Assembly (NCBI GenBank): GCA_963768765.1
Contig: CAVYJK010000019.1
Coordinates: forward strand, 11,604-75,603
Length of the DNA stretch: 64,000 nucleotides
Direction: 5' to 3'
Source of the DNA: an uncultured delta proteobacterium
GTDB taxonomy: Bacteria; Desulfobacterota; Desulfobaccia; Desulfobaccales; 0-14-0-80-60-11
Shown: positions 26,667-37,683 of the stretch, piece by piece
Layout: every line of letters begins with the position of its first letter
Position numbering within the stretch: position 1 is the first letter of the stretch
Translations under genes and position numbers: made by a program
The notes under the pieces: model-generated
What the model saw: the letters and a program-made list of their open reading frames with translations, nothing else
Told to the model about the DNA's origin: nothing
Database searches by the model: none

Positions 26667-28538
26667 ATGCAGGTGGAGACCTTCCTGACCCGAAGCCTGG
26701 CAATTCTCACTCTGGCGGCCCTCCTGGGGAGCCCGGCCCCGGGTAGGGGGGCCGAGCCGCCGGAGCCGGGAACCGGATCCCTTACCCTGCATTCTTTTCG
26801 CATCGTGGGCGCCAAAACGGTAAAACAGGAGGACCTCAAAAAAGAGTTGTCCATCAAGCTGCCCTCGTTTTGGCCGCCCTGGAAAAAGGCCCCCACCTTT
26901 CGCCCGGTGGACCTGGACTACGACGTGGAGCGGCTTAAGGATTTCTATCGCCGCCAGGGTTTTTACCATACCCAAATCAAGCCCGGGATCGAGTACTTGC
27001 CGGGCGGCGAAGTGAACGTCACGCTGGTCATCGAGGAAGGGCCCTGGGTCAAGGTCACTCAGGTGGAGGTTGACCTCAAGGACACCTATCTGGACCTGGA
27101 GGAACTGAAGGAAAAATGGCCTTTAAAGCCTGGGGACCGCTATGTCGAAAAAGCTTATGACGGCCTGAAAAATCTCTACCTCAACTATCTGCCCAACCAC
27201 GGCTATCCCCGGGTCACGGTGCAGGGCCGGATATTGCTGGACGAAGAGAAAAACACCGCCACCATCCATCTCAAGGTGGAGCCCGGCGCCATTGCCTACT
27301 TCGGCGCCACCAGGGTCAAGGATCCGGAAAAGCTGGAAACCCCGGTCAAGGCCATCCTGGAGAGGGTGACTTTCAAAGAGGGGGAAATTTTCTCCCTGGA
27401 GGAGCTGTTCAAGACCCAGCGGAAGCTTTACGCCACCGATCTCTTCAAGAGCGTGGTGCTCACCCCGGAGGAGGTGCCTGCCGGCGAGCGGAATATCCCC
27501 ATCCTCATCCAGGTGGAGGAAAAAAAGAAGCGCGCCTTGAAGCTGGGCCTGGGGTACGGGGACGAAGACAAGCTGCGGGCCCGTCTGGGGCTGCGCTACC
27601 GCAACCTGTGGGGCGGCGGCCGGCTCCTGGACCTGGACAGCCGCTACTCCAGCCTGGGCTACCTGGTCACCGAAACCTTCACCAACCCGGTGGTGTTCGA
27701 CAGCAACTTCGACTTCGTGCAGCAGACCGGCGCCCGGCACCGGGATCTCCCCGGGTTCACCGACCAGGCCTATTTTACCCAGGCCCGGCTGGAACACGAC
27801 CTGGCCCTGGATATCCGCTACTATCTCGGCTATGGCTTGGAGTTTTCCCGGCCCTTCAGCATCCCGCTGGAGACCCTGATCCGCCTCCAGGGCACCGCAC
27901 CGGAAAAAATCTACCGGGCCTCCTTCGTCATCTTCGGTCTGCGGCAAGACACGGTGGACAACCATATCGAGCCCACCAAGGGCGGCATCCTCACCTTCAG
28001 CAACGAAGTGGCCCCCACTTTCCTGGGCTCCGGGCTGCAATACGCCCAGACGGTGGTGGAGGCCAAGCGCTACCACGCCCTGGGCGACTCCGGCTTCGTG
28101 CTGGCGGGCCGCCTGAAGTTCGGCCTCATCCAGCCCATGCAGTCCACCGAGCAGATCCCCATCCAGAAGCGGTTCTTCAGCGGCGGCGCCAACAGCGTCC
28201 GGGGCTACAAGCTGGATTACCTGGGGCCCCGCAACGCCAGCGGCGTCCCCATCGGGGGGGACGCGGTGATTGAAGCCAGCCTTGAGGGCCGCTTTCCCCT
28301 GCCCCTACCGGTTTATGGCAGCAAGATCGGCGGGGTGGTTTTCATGGACGCGGGCAATGTATATTTTAAAGCCAGAAACATTGACCCGGGGCAGTTGAGG
28401 TATTCCCCCGGGGTAGGTTTACGGTATCTTTCCCCCATCGGGCCCATTGGGGTGGACGTGGCCTTTCCGATTAATCGCATCGATCCCAACCGGGACCGGG
28501 TCTATCAGATACACTTTACCATCGGCTATGGTTTTTAA
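26667..28538 (+). CDS. tamA: Omp85 family outer membrane protein (TamA-like)
   Basis: POTRA-like repeats, RFFSGGANSVRGY, YLSPIGPIGVD, terminal Phe; adjacent to tamB. Confidence 0.85.
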   Translation: MQVETFLTRSLAILTLAALLGSPAPGRGAEPPEPGTGSLTLHSFRIVGAKTVKQEDLKKELSIKLPSFWPPWKKAPTFRPVDLDYDVERLKDFYRRQGFYHTQIKPGIEYLPGGEVNVTLVIEEGPWVKVTQVEVDLKDTYLDLEELKEKWPLKPGDRYVEKAYDGLKNLYLNYLPNHGYPRVTVQGRILLDEEKNTATIHLKVEPGAIAYFGATRVKDPEKLETPVKAILERVTFKEGEIFSLEELFKTQRKLYATDLFKSVVLTPEEVPAGERNIPILIQVEEKKKRALKLGLGYGDEDKLRARLGLRYRNLWGGGRLLDLDSRYSSLGYLVTETFTNPVVFDSNFDFVQQTGARHRDLPGFTDQAYFTQARLEHDLALDIRYYLGYGLEFSRPFSIPLETLIRLQGTAPEKIYRASFVIFGLRQDTVDNHIEPTKGGILTFSNEVAPTFLGSGLQYAQTVVEAKRYHALGDSGFVLAGRLKFGLIQPMQSTEQIPIQKRFFSGGANSVRGYKLDYLGPRNASGVPIGGDAVIEASLEGRFPLPLPVYGSKIGGVVFMDAGNVYFKARNIDPGQLRYSPGVGLRYLSPIGPIGVDVAFPINRIDPNRDRVYQIHFTIGYGF

Positions 28539-28550
28539 GGGGAGACCGTT

Positions 28551-31500
28551 ATGCTGAGGCGTCTAGTTATTGCCCTGTTCACCGCCGCCCTCCTCCCGGC
28601 CCTGGCGGGCCAGGGCCGGTGCGGCCTCCTGCCGGACGCCTTCTGGAACTGGGGCGGGACCCAACTCCTTGACTTGGCCCAAAGCAAGATTAACGGCAAA
28701 ATCACGGCCAGGGAGATCTTGGGAAACCCCGTGACGGGCCTCACTTACAAAGATCTGGTCCTCACCGGGCCCCAGGGCCGGGTGCTGCTCCGGGCGGACC
28801 GCCTGGAGCTGCGCCTCTCGGCCCGGTCCCTCACCGCGCTCTATCCGGTCATCGCCAGGCTGGCCCTGGTCAATCCCCACTTCTACCCGGTTCAGGAAGA
28901 CGGGGGCTGGAACTTCAGCCGCCTGGCGCCCCCGGCGCCGGAGTCCCCCTCCCAGCCGCCTGGGTTGCTAACCGGGTTTTTCTTGCGGGAAATCGACTTT
29001 TCCGGGATCGTGGTGGAACACGGCGACATCGAACTCACCCGGGACGGCGTGACCCGGCGCTATACCGACCTGGACCTCAAGGCCGCGGTCAACCTTTACC
29101 ACTGGGGCACTCCCCAGCGAAAGCTCGATGTCCGGGAGGCCGACCTGGGAGTCACCACCCCCCAGGGGCGGGCCGAACTTAACACCCGCTTCAGCTACAG
29201 CCCGGACCTGGCCAGGATCGGCTCCCTGGCCCTGAAGCTGGCGGGCCAGCCGGTCCTGGACCTGAAGGGCGAGATCTGCGAACCCCTCAAGGACCTCTCC
29301 TGCAAGCTGACGGGGCGGCTGGGGCCCCTTAAGGGGGAGGCCATCCACGAGTTCTGGACCCGGTGGCCGGCCCCCTGGGACCTGGCCGGGAGGTTCAGCT
29401 TCAGCGGCGCCCCCCAGGGGATGCAGGTGGCCGCGGCCGGCGGGGTGGGAGAGGCCAAGTTTGACCTGAAAGGCCGGCTCGACGCCCGGGCGGCGGCCCC
29501 GGTGTTCGGACTGGACCTGGACCTGCAGGGCCTGACCACGGCCCAACTCCAGGAGATCCGGGGGCTGGAAGCCCGAAAGATTGAAGGCCTGAGCCCGGTG
29601 ACCGCCCACCTCTCCCTTAAAGGCCGGGGACTCCCTTGGAACCCCGAGAAGGTCGAGACCCAGCTTAACCTGGAGCCGTTCCAGTACCGGGAAGTCAAGG
29701 TCAAGCTTCTGACGCTGACCCTCTCCGGCAACGCCCGGAGCCAGGACCTGCACGCCCAGGCGGAGGGCAATTTCGGCGCCCTTACCCTGGACTCCCGGGG
29801 CCAGCTCCTGCCGGTGGGCCAGGCCGGCGCCTCCGGGGATCTCACCCTGAAGATGGCGGAGTTCCAACCGGCCCTTTTGGGGCTGGTCAAAGCCGCGGGT
29901 ACGACTCTGAGCGGCCTCTTTGCCGGCAAGTTTCGCCTGCCTCCCGGCTACTCCCTGGCCCAAGCCCAACTGGCGGGCAATCTGGAGGCCAAAGGCCGCC
30001 TGGCGGGCCAACCCCTGGAGAACTTCCGGAGCCGGTTCGCCCTGGAAGGCAAAAAGCTGCATCTCGACGAGGCCAGCCTCCGCCTGGCGGGGGTGTCTGC
30101 CACCTTAAAGGGCGACCTCACGCCCTCGGGGCTGGATGTTAGATTCACCGCCGAAGTTTCCGGCTCCCGGGGGCTGCCCGTTCCCACGCCGGCGGCCTTC
30201 GCCCATCTTGCCGCGGAAGGCGCGGTCAAGGGCCCCTGGAAAGAACCCCAGGGAAGCCTGACGGCCAGAGGGAAGAAGCTCTCCTTTCAAGGCGTCCACC
30301 TGGAGGCGGCCAGTTTTTCCGCCAACCTCACCGGCTGGCCCCCTCAATCCGGCCAGGTCCAGCTTCAGGGGACCCAGCTCCGCATCGGGGCCGGCGCCTT
30401 CTCCCGGGTCAACCTGTCGGCCCGGGGCGAGGCGGGACGCTGGGCCTTTCAGATGGCCGCCGCCTCTGCCAAGTATCCCCGGCTGCAGCTGACCGGCGCC
30501 GCGGACCTGCGGGAGCGTCCCCTGCTGGTCCTGGTCAACCAGCTTTCCTGGCAGGATCAACGCCTGGCTCTGAAGAACCGCGCCCCCTTCCAGGTGCGCC
30601 TCCTGCCCGGGTGGGAAATCTCTGAGGCCGCGTTTCAGGTGGATGGGGGCCTGGTCACGGTGCAAGGCCTGGTGCGAGGCCAGGAGGTCTCGGGCCGCCT
30701 GGAAGTTAAGAATCTGGAGGCCGGGCTGCTGAGCCCCCCGGGCCTGCCCGCCCAGGGTAAGATCAATGGCAAGCTCACTCTGGCCGGCGCCCCCCGGTCT
30801 CCCATCATCAACGGCAGCCTGTCCCTGGAGTCCGGGAAGATCAGAGACATTCCCCTGCAAACCCTGACCACCACCCTGAGTTATGAGGGCGAGCGGTTGC
30901 AACTGGACGGCTACCTGGAAGAAGGCATCCAGCATTCCCGCCTGACCTGGAAGGGGGCGGTGCCGGTCAGCCTCAGCCTCCTGCCGCTGAAATTCGCCCT
31001 GGGCCACCAGGACCTCTACCTCCGGGTCCAGGGCCAAAAGGCCAACCTTTGCCTGTTGACCTACCTCAGCAAGGAAGTCCAGGGCGCCCAGAGCCCGCTG
31101 GACCTCCTGGTGGAGATGCGGGGCGACCCGCACCAGCCGCAGGTCTCTGGCTACATCCGCTGGGGCGAGGGCTGCGTGCAGCTGACCCAGGCCGGAACCC
31201 CTTACCAACTGGCTCCCGGTGAAATCCGCCTGCTGGGCGATAAGGTGACGATTCCGGGAATCACCCTCATCAGCGACGGCACCCTGCGCCTGGCCGGGGA
31301 CCTGGAGTTGGCAGGGGGCACCGCCGCCCGGCTCCGGGCCCAGGCGGATAACTTCCTGGTGCTGAACCGGGGCGGCAACCAGATCTGGAGCAACGGCCGG
31401 GTGGACCTGAGCGGCCCCTTGAGCGCCCTGGTGGCCACCGGCAGCCTGGTGGTGCCCAAGGCCCAATTCCGGCCCACCTTCTTCCGTTCCCCCCAGGACC

Positions 31501-32297
31501 CGGACATTGTGCTGGTGACCCACAAGCCTAAACCCAAGGAGGCCGGCCCGGCCCCGGCCGTGTACCGCAATATGCGGGTGGATGTGAGCCTTGAGTCCCC
31601 GGGCAACGTCTGGCTGAAGGACCCCGTCGGGCAGGTGGAGCTCACCGGCAAACTCAAAGCCATAAAAAAGCCGGACCAGAAAATGGTCCTGGGCGGCGAG
31701 ATCCGCGCCCTCAAGGGCACGGTGGACGTGCAGGAAAGGGAGTTCAAAGTGGAGCGGGCCAGCATGTTTTTGCCCGGCGTCCCTGGCCAACCCATCACCG
31801 TGGAAGGCAACGCCACCCATAAGATGGATGAGATCACCCTGGTGCTGGCGGTGACCGGCACCGTGACCAACCCTAACATCCGCCTGGAAAGCCAGCCGCC
31901 CCTGCCTCCGGCGGACGTGCTCTCCTACCTGGTCTTCGGGGCTCCCACCGCCAGCCTCACCAAGGACCAGTACTATGCCCTGGGCGCCCAGACCCTGGGG
32001 GTCCTGGGCGGCATCACCTCTAAAAAGATCAGCGAGCTCCTGGGGGGCAGCGTCCCCTTCCTGAGCGGCGGCGTCGCGGTGAAAAGCGGCACGGCGGGCG
32101 GCCGGGCCACCCTGGGGGTCGAGAAGAAGATCACCCAGAACGTCAGCGTCTCTTACCAGCGCAACTTCAACGAAGAGCGGGGCCAGTACGAGCGCCAGGT
32201 GCACATCGACTACAAGATCAACAAAAACTTCAGCGTCGAATCCCAGCTGGGAACCCGCAACTCCGGGGCCGACGTGTTCTTTAACTACGATTTTTGA
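28551..32297 (+). CDS. tamB: Translocation/assembly module TamB (DUF490)
   Basis: Long beta-rich protein; LESQPPLPPADVLSYLVFG; C-terminal beta strands ending YDF. Confidence 0.85.
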   Translation: MLRRLVIALFTAALLPALAGQGRCGLLPDAFWNWGGTQLLDLAQSKINGKITAREILGNPVTGLTYKDLVLTGPQGRVLLRADRLELRLSARSLTALYPVIARLALVNPHFYPVQEDGGWNFSRLAPPAPESPSQPPGLLTGFFLREIDFSGIVVEHGDIELTRDGVTRRYTDLDLKAAVNLYHWGTPQRKLDVREADLGVTTPQGRAELNTRFSYSPDLARIGSLALKLAGQPVLDLKGEICEPLKDLSCKLTGRLGPLKGEAIHEFWTRWPAPWDLAGRFSFSGAPQGMQVAAAGGVGEAKFDLKGRLDARAAAPVFGLDLDLQGLTTAQLQEIRGLEARKIEGLSPVTAHLSLKGRGLPWNPEKVETQLNLEPFQYREVKVKLLTLTLSGNARSQDLHAQAEGNFGALTLDSRGQLLPVGQAGASGDLTLKMAEFQPALLGLVKAAGTTLSGLFAGKFRLPPGYSLAQAQLAGNLEAKGRLAGQPLENFRSRFALEGKKLHLDEASLRLAGVSATLKGDLTPSGLDVRFTAEVSGSRGLPVPTPAAFAHLAAEGAVKGPWKEPQGSLTARGKKLSFQGVHLEAASFSANLTGWPPQSGQVQLQGTQLRIGAGAFSRVNLSARGEAGRWAFQMAAASAKYPRLQLTGAADLRERPLLVLVNQLSWQDQRLALKNRAPFQVRLLPGWEISEAAFQVDGGLVTVQGLVRGQEVSGRLEVKNLEAGLLSPPGLPAQGKINGKLTLAGAPRSPIINGSLSLESGKIRDIPLQTLTTTLSYEGERLQLDGYLEEGIQHSRLTWKGAVPVSLSLLPLKFALGHQDLYLRVQGQKANLCLLTYLSKEVQGAQSPLDLLVEMRGDPHQPQVSGYIRWGEGCVQLTQAGTPYQLAPGEIRLLGDKVTIPGITLISDGTLRLAGDLELAGGTAARLRAQADNFLVLNRGGNQIWSNGRVDLSGPLSALVATGSLVVPKAQFRPTFFRSPQDPDIVLVTHKPKPKEAGPAPAVYRNMRVDVSLESPGNVWLKDPVGQVELTGKLKAIKKPDQKMVLGGEIRALKGTVDVQEREFKVERASMFLPGVPGQPITVEGNATHKMDEITLVLAVTGTVTNPNIRLESQPPLPPADVLSYLVFGAPTASLTKDQYYALGAQTLGVLGGITSKKISELLGGSVPFLSGGVAVKSGTAGGRATLGVEKKITQNVSVSYQRNFNEERGQYERQVHIDYKINKNFSVESQLGTRNSGADVFFNYDF

Positions 32298-32434
32298 GAG
32301 GTGCGATCTTCACCCCAATCAAGATTAAACCGGGCCCCATGGCTTGGCCGACCTGGCGCCAGCCGCCGTGGTTTGGAGTGAGACGAAGGTTCATAATTTA
32401 CGGCAACTACTTAAACTTTAAGGGAAAATAGAAT

Positions 32435-33232
32435 ATGGCTCGTATCCTCCGATTTCTGGCCGCAATTACTTTGCTGATCATGTGCTTCTCTTGTCTGACC
32501 GCGGTGGCCGAAGATGAGGTCAGCGTTCCCGTATTGGTCTACCACCGGTTCGGGCCGTCGGTGGCCGACGGGATGACGGTGACCACCGCGGTTTTCGAGT
32601 CGCAGCTCAAGTGGCTCAAGGACAACCAGTACACGGTCATCCCCCTCAGGACCCTGGTGAACTACCTCCGGGGCGAAGGCCCGCCGCCGCCCCCCAAATC
32701 GGTGGTGATCACCGCGGACGACGCTCACAAGACGGTCTATACCGAGATGCTGCCCCTGGTGCGCAAATACGGCATTCCCGTAACCCTGTTCATCTATCCG
32801 TCGGCCATTTCCAACGCCTCCTACGCCATGACCTGGGAGCAGTTGAAAGAAGTGCAGCAAACCGGGCTGTTCGACCTGCAGTCGCACACCTTCTGGCATC
32901 CCAATTTCAAGCGGGAAAAGAAGAAACTCAAGCCCGCCGAATATCAGAAGCTGGTGGACTCCCAGCTTCAAAAGTCCAAGGCCGTGCTGGAAAAACGGCT
33001 GAGCACGGTGGACCTGCTGGCCTGGCCCTTCGGCATCTATGACGACTACCTGGAAAATGAGGCTTCGAAGGCGGGGTACGTGGCGGCCTTCAGCATCGAT
33101 CGCCGTCATGCGAGAAAATCCGAAAAGATCATGGCGCTGCCCCGCTACTTGATGGTCAACGGCGACGGCACCAAAAACTTTGCCGCTATCATCACCGGTC
33201 GGGCCGAGGAAAAGGGACATAAGACCTATTAG
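32435..33232 (+). CDS. Secreted polysaccharide deacetylase (CE4)
   Basis: PVLVYHRF, ITADDA, SHTFWH, AWPFG, PRY. Confidence 0.88.
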   Translation: MARILRFLAAITLLIMCFSCLTAVAEDEVSVPVLVYHRFGPSVADGMTVTTAVFESQLKWLKDNQYTVIPLRTLVNYLRGEGPPPPPKSVVITADDAHKTVYTEMLPLVRKYGIPVTLFIYPSAISNASYAMTWEQLKEVQQTGLFDLQSHTFWHPNFKREKKKLKPAEYQKLVDSQLQKSKAVLEKRLSTVDLLAWPFGIYDDYLENEASKAGYVAAFSIDRRHARKSEKIMALPRYLMVNGDGTKNFAAIITGRAEEKGHKTY

Positions 33233-33338
33233 CTGGGATTAGGGGCTGAATTAGAAGGATGTATCGCCACTAAGGCGGGCGGGGCGGCGGGGCGGCGGAA
33301 TCACGAAAAACCATCATTTTTCAAAGGAGGGGGGAGTA

Positions 33339-33575
33339 ATGGTTAAGAAATTTGGCTTGTTACTGAGTATCGGCGCACTTTTCTTCATTTTCGGCTGCTG
33401 ATCCGGTGCCAAGGGACTGCGGTCAAGCAGTCCCCAGTTTCAGTGCCGGGCGGACTCGCTGGTGAACCACAGTGTGTCCGCTTACCCGGTTGGCCCCGGA
33501 AAAATATCGGACTCCGTACCATGCGGGACTGAAAGAACAGCCTCGGCTATCACGGGCCAAGTCCCCATTAATTGA
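33339..33575 (+). CDS. Candidate small lipoprotein with an in-frame UGA (possible Sec); 20 aa only if UGA is a stop
   Basis: Strong RBS, MVKKFGLLLSIGALFFIFGC-TGA(33399-401), perfect 8-bp hairpin 11 nt later; frame stays open to 33575. Confidence 0.35.
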
Positions 33576-33686
33576 CTCCGGCAGCCTTTTATTACTGTTA
33601 CTCTTGAGGAAAGAGTAGGCGGAAAGAATGCTGAGAAAAAATTACTCTGCTCCGGCTGGTAAGGTCGGCAGCCGAGGGAGGAATGC

Positions 33687-35042
33687 ATGAAGAGACTCCG
33701 TATGCCCTTACTGATCCTGATCGGGTTCCTGTTTCTCGCCAGCGCGGCGCAGGCCGCCTATGAGGGCAAGGTCGTGGACGCCCAAACCAAGGAGCCCGTC
33801 GAAGGGGCCCTGGTCACCCTGGCCGATGAGGTGGCGCACACCGGCAGGGACGGTTATTTCCGCCTCGAATGCATCGGGGAGACGGTCATGCTGCGGGCCC
33901 CGGGTTATGCCCGGCGGGAAATCGCCGTCTCGGAGCTGGGTAACCCCCCCAAGGAGATTGAACTAACCCCCTTCAAGGTGCAGGGGCTTTATCTCACGGT
34001 CTACGGCATCGCCAGCACCAAACTGCGGAACGCCGCCCTGGAGACTATTAAGACGAACCACCTGAACGCCCTGGTCATCGACGTGAAGGGCGACCGGGGC
34101 ATCATCCCCTTCAAGGTGGACATCCCCCTGGCCGAGGAGATCGGCGCCCAGAAGGTGATCCTGGTCAAGGACATGCCAGGCGCCTCATGGCCAGCCTCAA
34201 GGAGCAGGGTCTCTACCTCATCGCCCGCATCGTGGTCTTCAAGGACGATCCCCTGGCCGCCGCCAAACCGCAGTGGGCCGTCAAAAAGGGCGGCGGGGTA
34301 TTCCGGGACCGGGAAAAGCTGCGCTGGGTCGATCCCTTCCGCCGGGAGGTCTGGGATTACAACATCGCCATCGCCAAGGCCGTGGCGGAGTTGGGCTTCG
34401 ATGAGATTCAGTTCGATTACGTCCGCTGTCCCGACACCACGGGGGTGGTGTTTTCGCAGCCGTCCAACCAGGAGACCCGCACCCGGGCCGTCACCGGCTT
34501 TCTGAAGGCGGCCCACCAGGCGCTGGTGCCCTTACAACGTCATGGTGGCCGCGGATATCTTCGGCTACGTCTTGTGGAACCTGGACGATACCGGCATCGG
34601 CCAGAAGATCCACGAGACCGTCAATGCCGTGGACGTGGTCTCGCCCATGCTCTATCCCTCCGGTTACCATCTGGGGATTCCCAACTACCGCAATCCGGTG
34701 CAGCACCCTTATGAAATTGTGGACCTGTCGCTGAAACGGGCCCAGGAGCGCACGGGCGTCTCTCCCCTGCGCTTCCGCCCCTGGCTGCAAGCCTTTCGGG
34801 ATTACGCCTTCCGTGGCGGTAATTTCGACGAGCCCAGGATGCGCATCCAGATCAAGGCCGCGGAGGATTTCGGCGCCAGCGGCTGGATGTTCTGGAACCC
34901 GCGTAATATCTACCCCAAGGGGAAGTTCAACGATGTCCACGAGAACCACGACCGCGGGAAAGAGGACAATGGGAAAAAGGAGAGTGGCAGCAGCGACCGC
35001 GGGAACCACAACCGGGATACCAACGACCGCGGCCAGGAGTAA
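33687..35042 (+). CDS. Secreted putative glycoside hydrolase (DUF4015-like) with an N-terminal carboxypeptidase-regulatory-like domain; two apparent frameshifts
   Basis: NALVIDVKGDRG, IARIVVFKD, GFDEIQFDYVR, SPMLYPS, RPWLQAF, WMFWN spread over three ORFs. Confidence 0.8.
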
Positions 35043-35097
35043 GGCCTGAAGTTGGTAAAAATTTGCCCATCCTGGAGTTAAAGGGAAGAATCACCCG

Positions 35098-37624
35098 ATG
35101 GGGCAGCAACTTTCTTCATCCTTCTGGAGTATTCCCTCAACTGCTCTGCTGGAGCAGCTGGAGACCACCTCCCAGGGCCTGAGCCAGGATGAAGCCGGGC
35201 GGCGGTTGGCATTGTACGGCGCCAATCTTCTGCGTCCGAAGAAGCGCACCGACTCCTTGACCTTGCTGCTGTCGCAATACAAGAGCCCGATCATCCTCAT
35301 CCTCCTGTTCGCTTGCGGATTATCTTTTGCCCTCCGAAACCACACCGATGCCCTGATTATCCTGGCAATTTTACTGGCCAGCGGCCTTCTCGGCTTCTGG
35401 CAGGAGCGGGGCGCCACCAACGCGGTGACCAAGTTGTTGGCCATCGTGCAGATCAAGGGAACGGTTAAGCGCCAGGGTGAACCGGAGGAAATTCCTCTGG
35501 AAGAAATAGTCCCGGGTGATCTGATTATCCTCAATGCCGGCGATATCATCCCGGGAGACGCCCTCATCCTCGAATCAAAGGATCTATTTGTGGATGAAGC
35601 CACCTTGACGGGAGAAACCTTTCCGGTGGAGAAAACGGCGGGGGTCTTGCCCCCCGAGACGCCCCTCAGCCACAGGACCAACGTTCTTTTTATGGGCACC
35701 CACGTGGTCAGTGGCACTGCCACCGCACTGGTGGTTTTGACCGGGAGTGAAACCGAGTTCGGCAAGGTTTCCGGGCAGCTGAAACTCCGGGCGCCGGAGA
35801 CTGAATTTGAACGGGGAGTCAAGCAGTTTGGCTACTTCCTCATGGAAGTAACCTTGCTGCTGGTAATAGCCATCTTCGCAATTAACGTCTATCTGGCCCG
35901 TCCGGTCCTGGAGGCCTTTCTCTTCTCCCTGGCCCTGGCGGTGGGGCTTACTCCCCAATTGCTGCCGGCCATCATCAGCATTAATCTGGCCATGGGCGCC
36001 AAACGCATGGCCCTGCATAAGGTGATCGTCAAGAGGCTGGCCTCCATTGAAAACTTCGGGTCCATGAATGTGCTCTGTGCGGATAAGACGGGCACCCTCA
36101 CCGCGGGCTTGGTGGAGGTACATTCCGCCCTGGACCTGGATGGTCAGGAAGCGGCCAAAGTCCTGCTTTATGCTTACCTGAATTCATTATATGAGACCGG
36201 CTTTGCCAATCCCATCGATCAAGCGATCCGGCGCTATTGCTGTCCCGAGGTCTCCGGCTACCGGAAGTTGGACGAAGTGCCTTATGACTTTATTCGCAAG
36301 AGATTGAGTGTCTTGGTGGCCAAGGATGACGACCACCTGATGATCATGAAAGGGGCCCTTCGTAATGTGCTGGCGGTCTGTGCCACGGCGGAGACTTCCC
36401 GGGGCGAGATCGTGGGGTTGGATACGGTGCAAGAGGAAATCCAGAAAAATTTTGCCGGATTTAGCGAGCAGGGCCTGCGCACCCTGGGGATTGCGTACCG
36501 CCATATGGGAGCAGCCGCGGCCATCGGCAAGAACGAAGAAACCGGTTTGACCTTCCTGGGATTCTTGTTGCTCTACGATCCGCCCAAGCCAGGGGTCGCC
36601 GAAACCATTAAAGAGATGAAACGCCTGGGTGTGTCCCTGAAAATTATCACGGGGGATAACTCCATCGTGGCTGCCAATGTGGGCCGGCAGGTAGGGTTCT
36701 TAAACCCTCACCTGCTCACCGGGCCCGAACTCAACCGCATAAGTGACGCCGCGCTGTTAAAGAAGGTGCAGCTAACCGGGATCTTTGCAGAGGTGGAGCC
36801 CAATCAGAAGGAGCGCATCATCTTCGCCCTGCGGAAGGCTGGAAATGTGGTGGGGTTCATGGGAGACGGGATTAACGATGCCTCAGCCCTCCACGCCGCC
36901 GATGTCTCCATCTCCGTGGACAGCGCCGTGGATGTGGCCAAGGAGGCCGCCGATATCGTGCTCTTGGAAAAAGACCTGGGGGTCCTGGTGCAGGGGGTGC
37001 AGGAAGGCAGGATGACCTTCGCCAATACCCTCAAATACGTCTTCATGGCCACCAGTGCCAACTTCGGTAATATGTTCAGCATGGCCGGGGCTTCCCTCTT
37101 TCTTTCCTTTCTTCCCCTGCTGCCCAAGCAAATCCTGCTCACCAATCTGTTGACGGATTTTCCGGAAATGACCATCGCCACCGACTCGGTGGACCGCGAA
37201 CTGGTGGAGAAACCCCGGCGCTGGGACCTCAAGTTTATTCGCAAATTTATGATTACCTTCGGGATTGTCAGCTCAGTCTTTGACTACCTCACTTTCGGAG
37301 CGCTGCTGCTCATCCTTAATGCCACTACGGAGCAATTCAGGACCGGTTGGTTTCAAGAGTCGGTTATTTCTGCGGCGGTGATCGTCCTGGTGATTCGCAG
37401 CCGCCAACCGTTTTTTAAAAGCATGCCGGGGAGATATTTACTGGGAACGACTCTGTTGGTGGTCGGGGTGACGGTTATCTTTCCTTACACCCCCTTGGCG
37501 GTGCTTTTTAATTTCCAACCGCTGCCGCGTGGAATTTCTCCTGATGATCGGCTTGATTTTAATTCTTTACATCACCGCCGCAGAAGTGGTGAAGCGGGTC
37601 TTTTACCGTCGGCTGCGATCGTGA
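35098..37624 (+). CDS. mgtA: Mg2+-translocating P-type ATPase; frameshift ~37528 before the true C-terminus (AAEVVKRVFY...)
   Basis: LTGETFPVEK, AVGLTPQLLP, DKTGT, GDGIND, SANFGNMFS, FRTGWF. Confidence 0.9.
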
Positions 37625-37683
37625 ACGTCGGGCTCTGTCAGGGAAATCAGGTGTAAAAAAATTGCTTAACTGCATGCTCAAGG

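Noticed and set aside
30105-32204. Long antisense ORFs (also 24543-26312, 50544-52439, 52498-54405)
   Set aside because: These are shadow frames of GC-rich genes on the opposite strand, with no motifs of their own.
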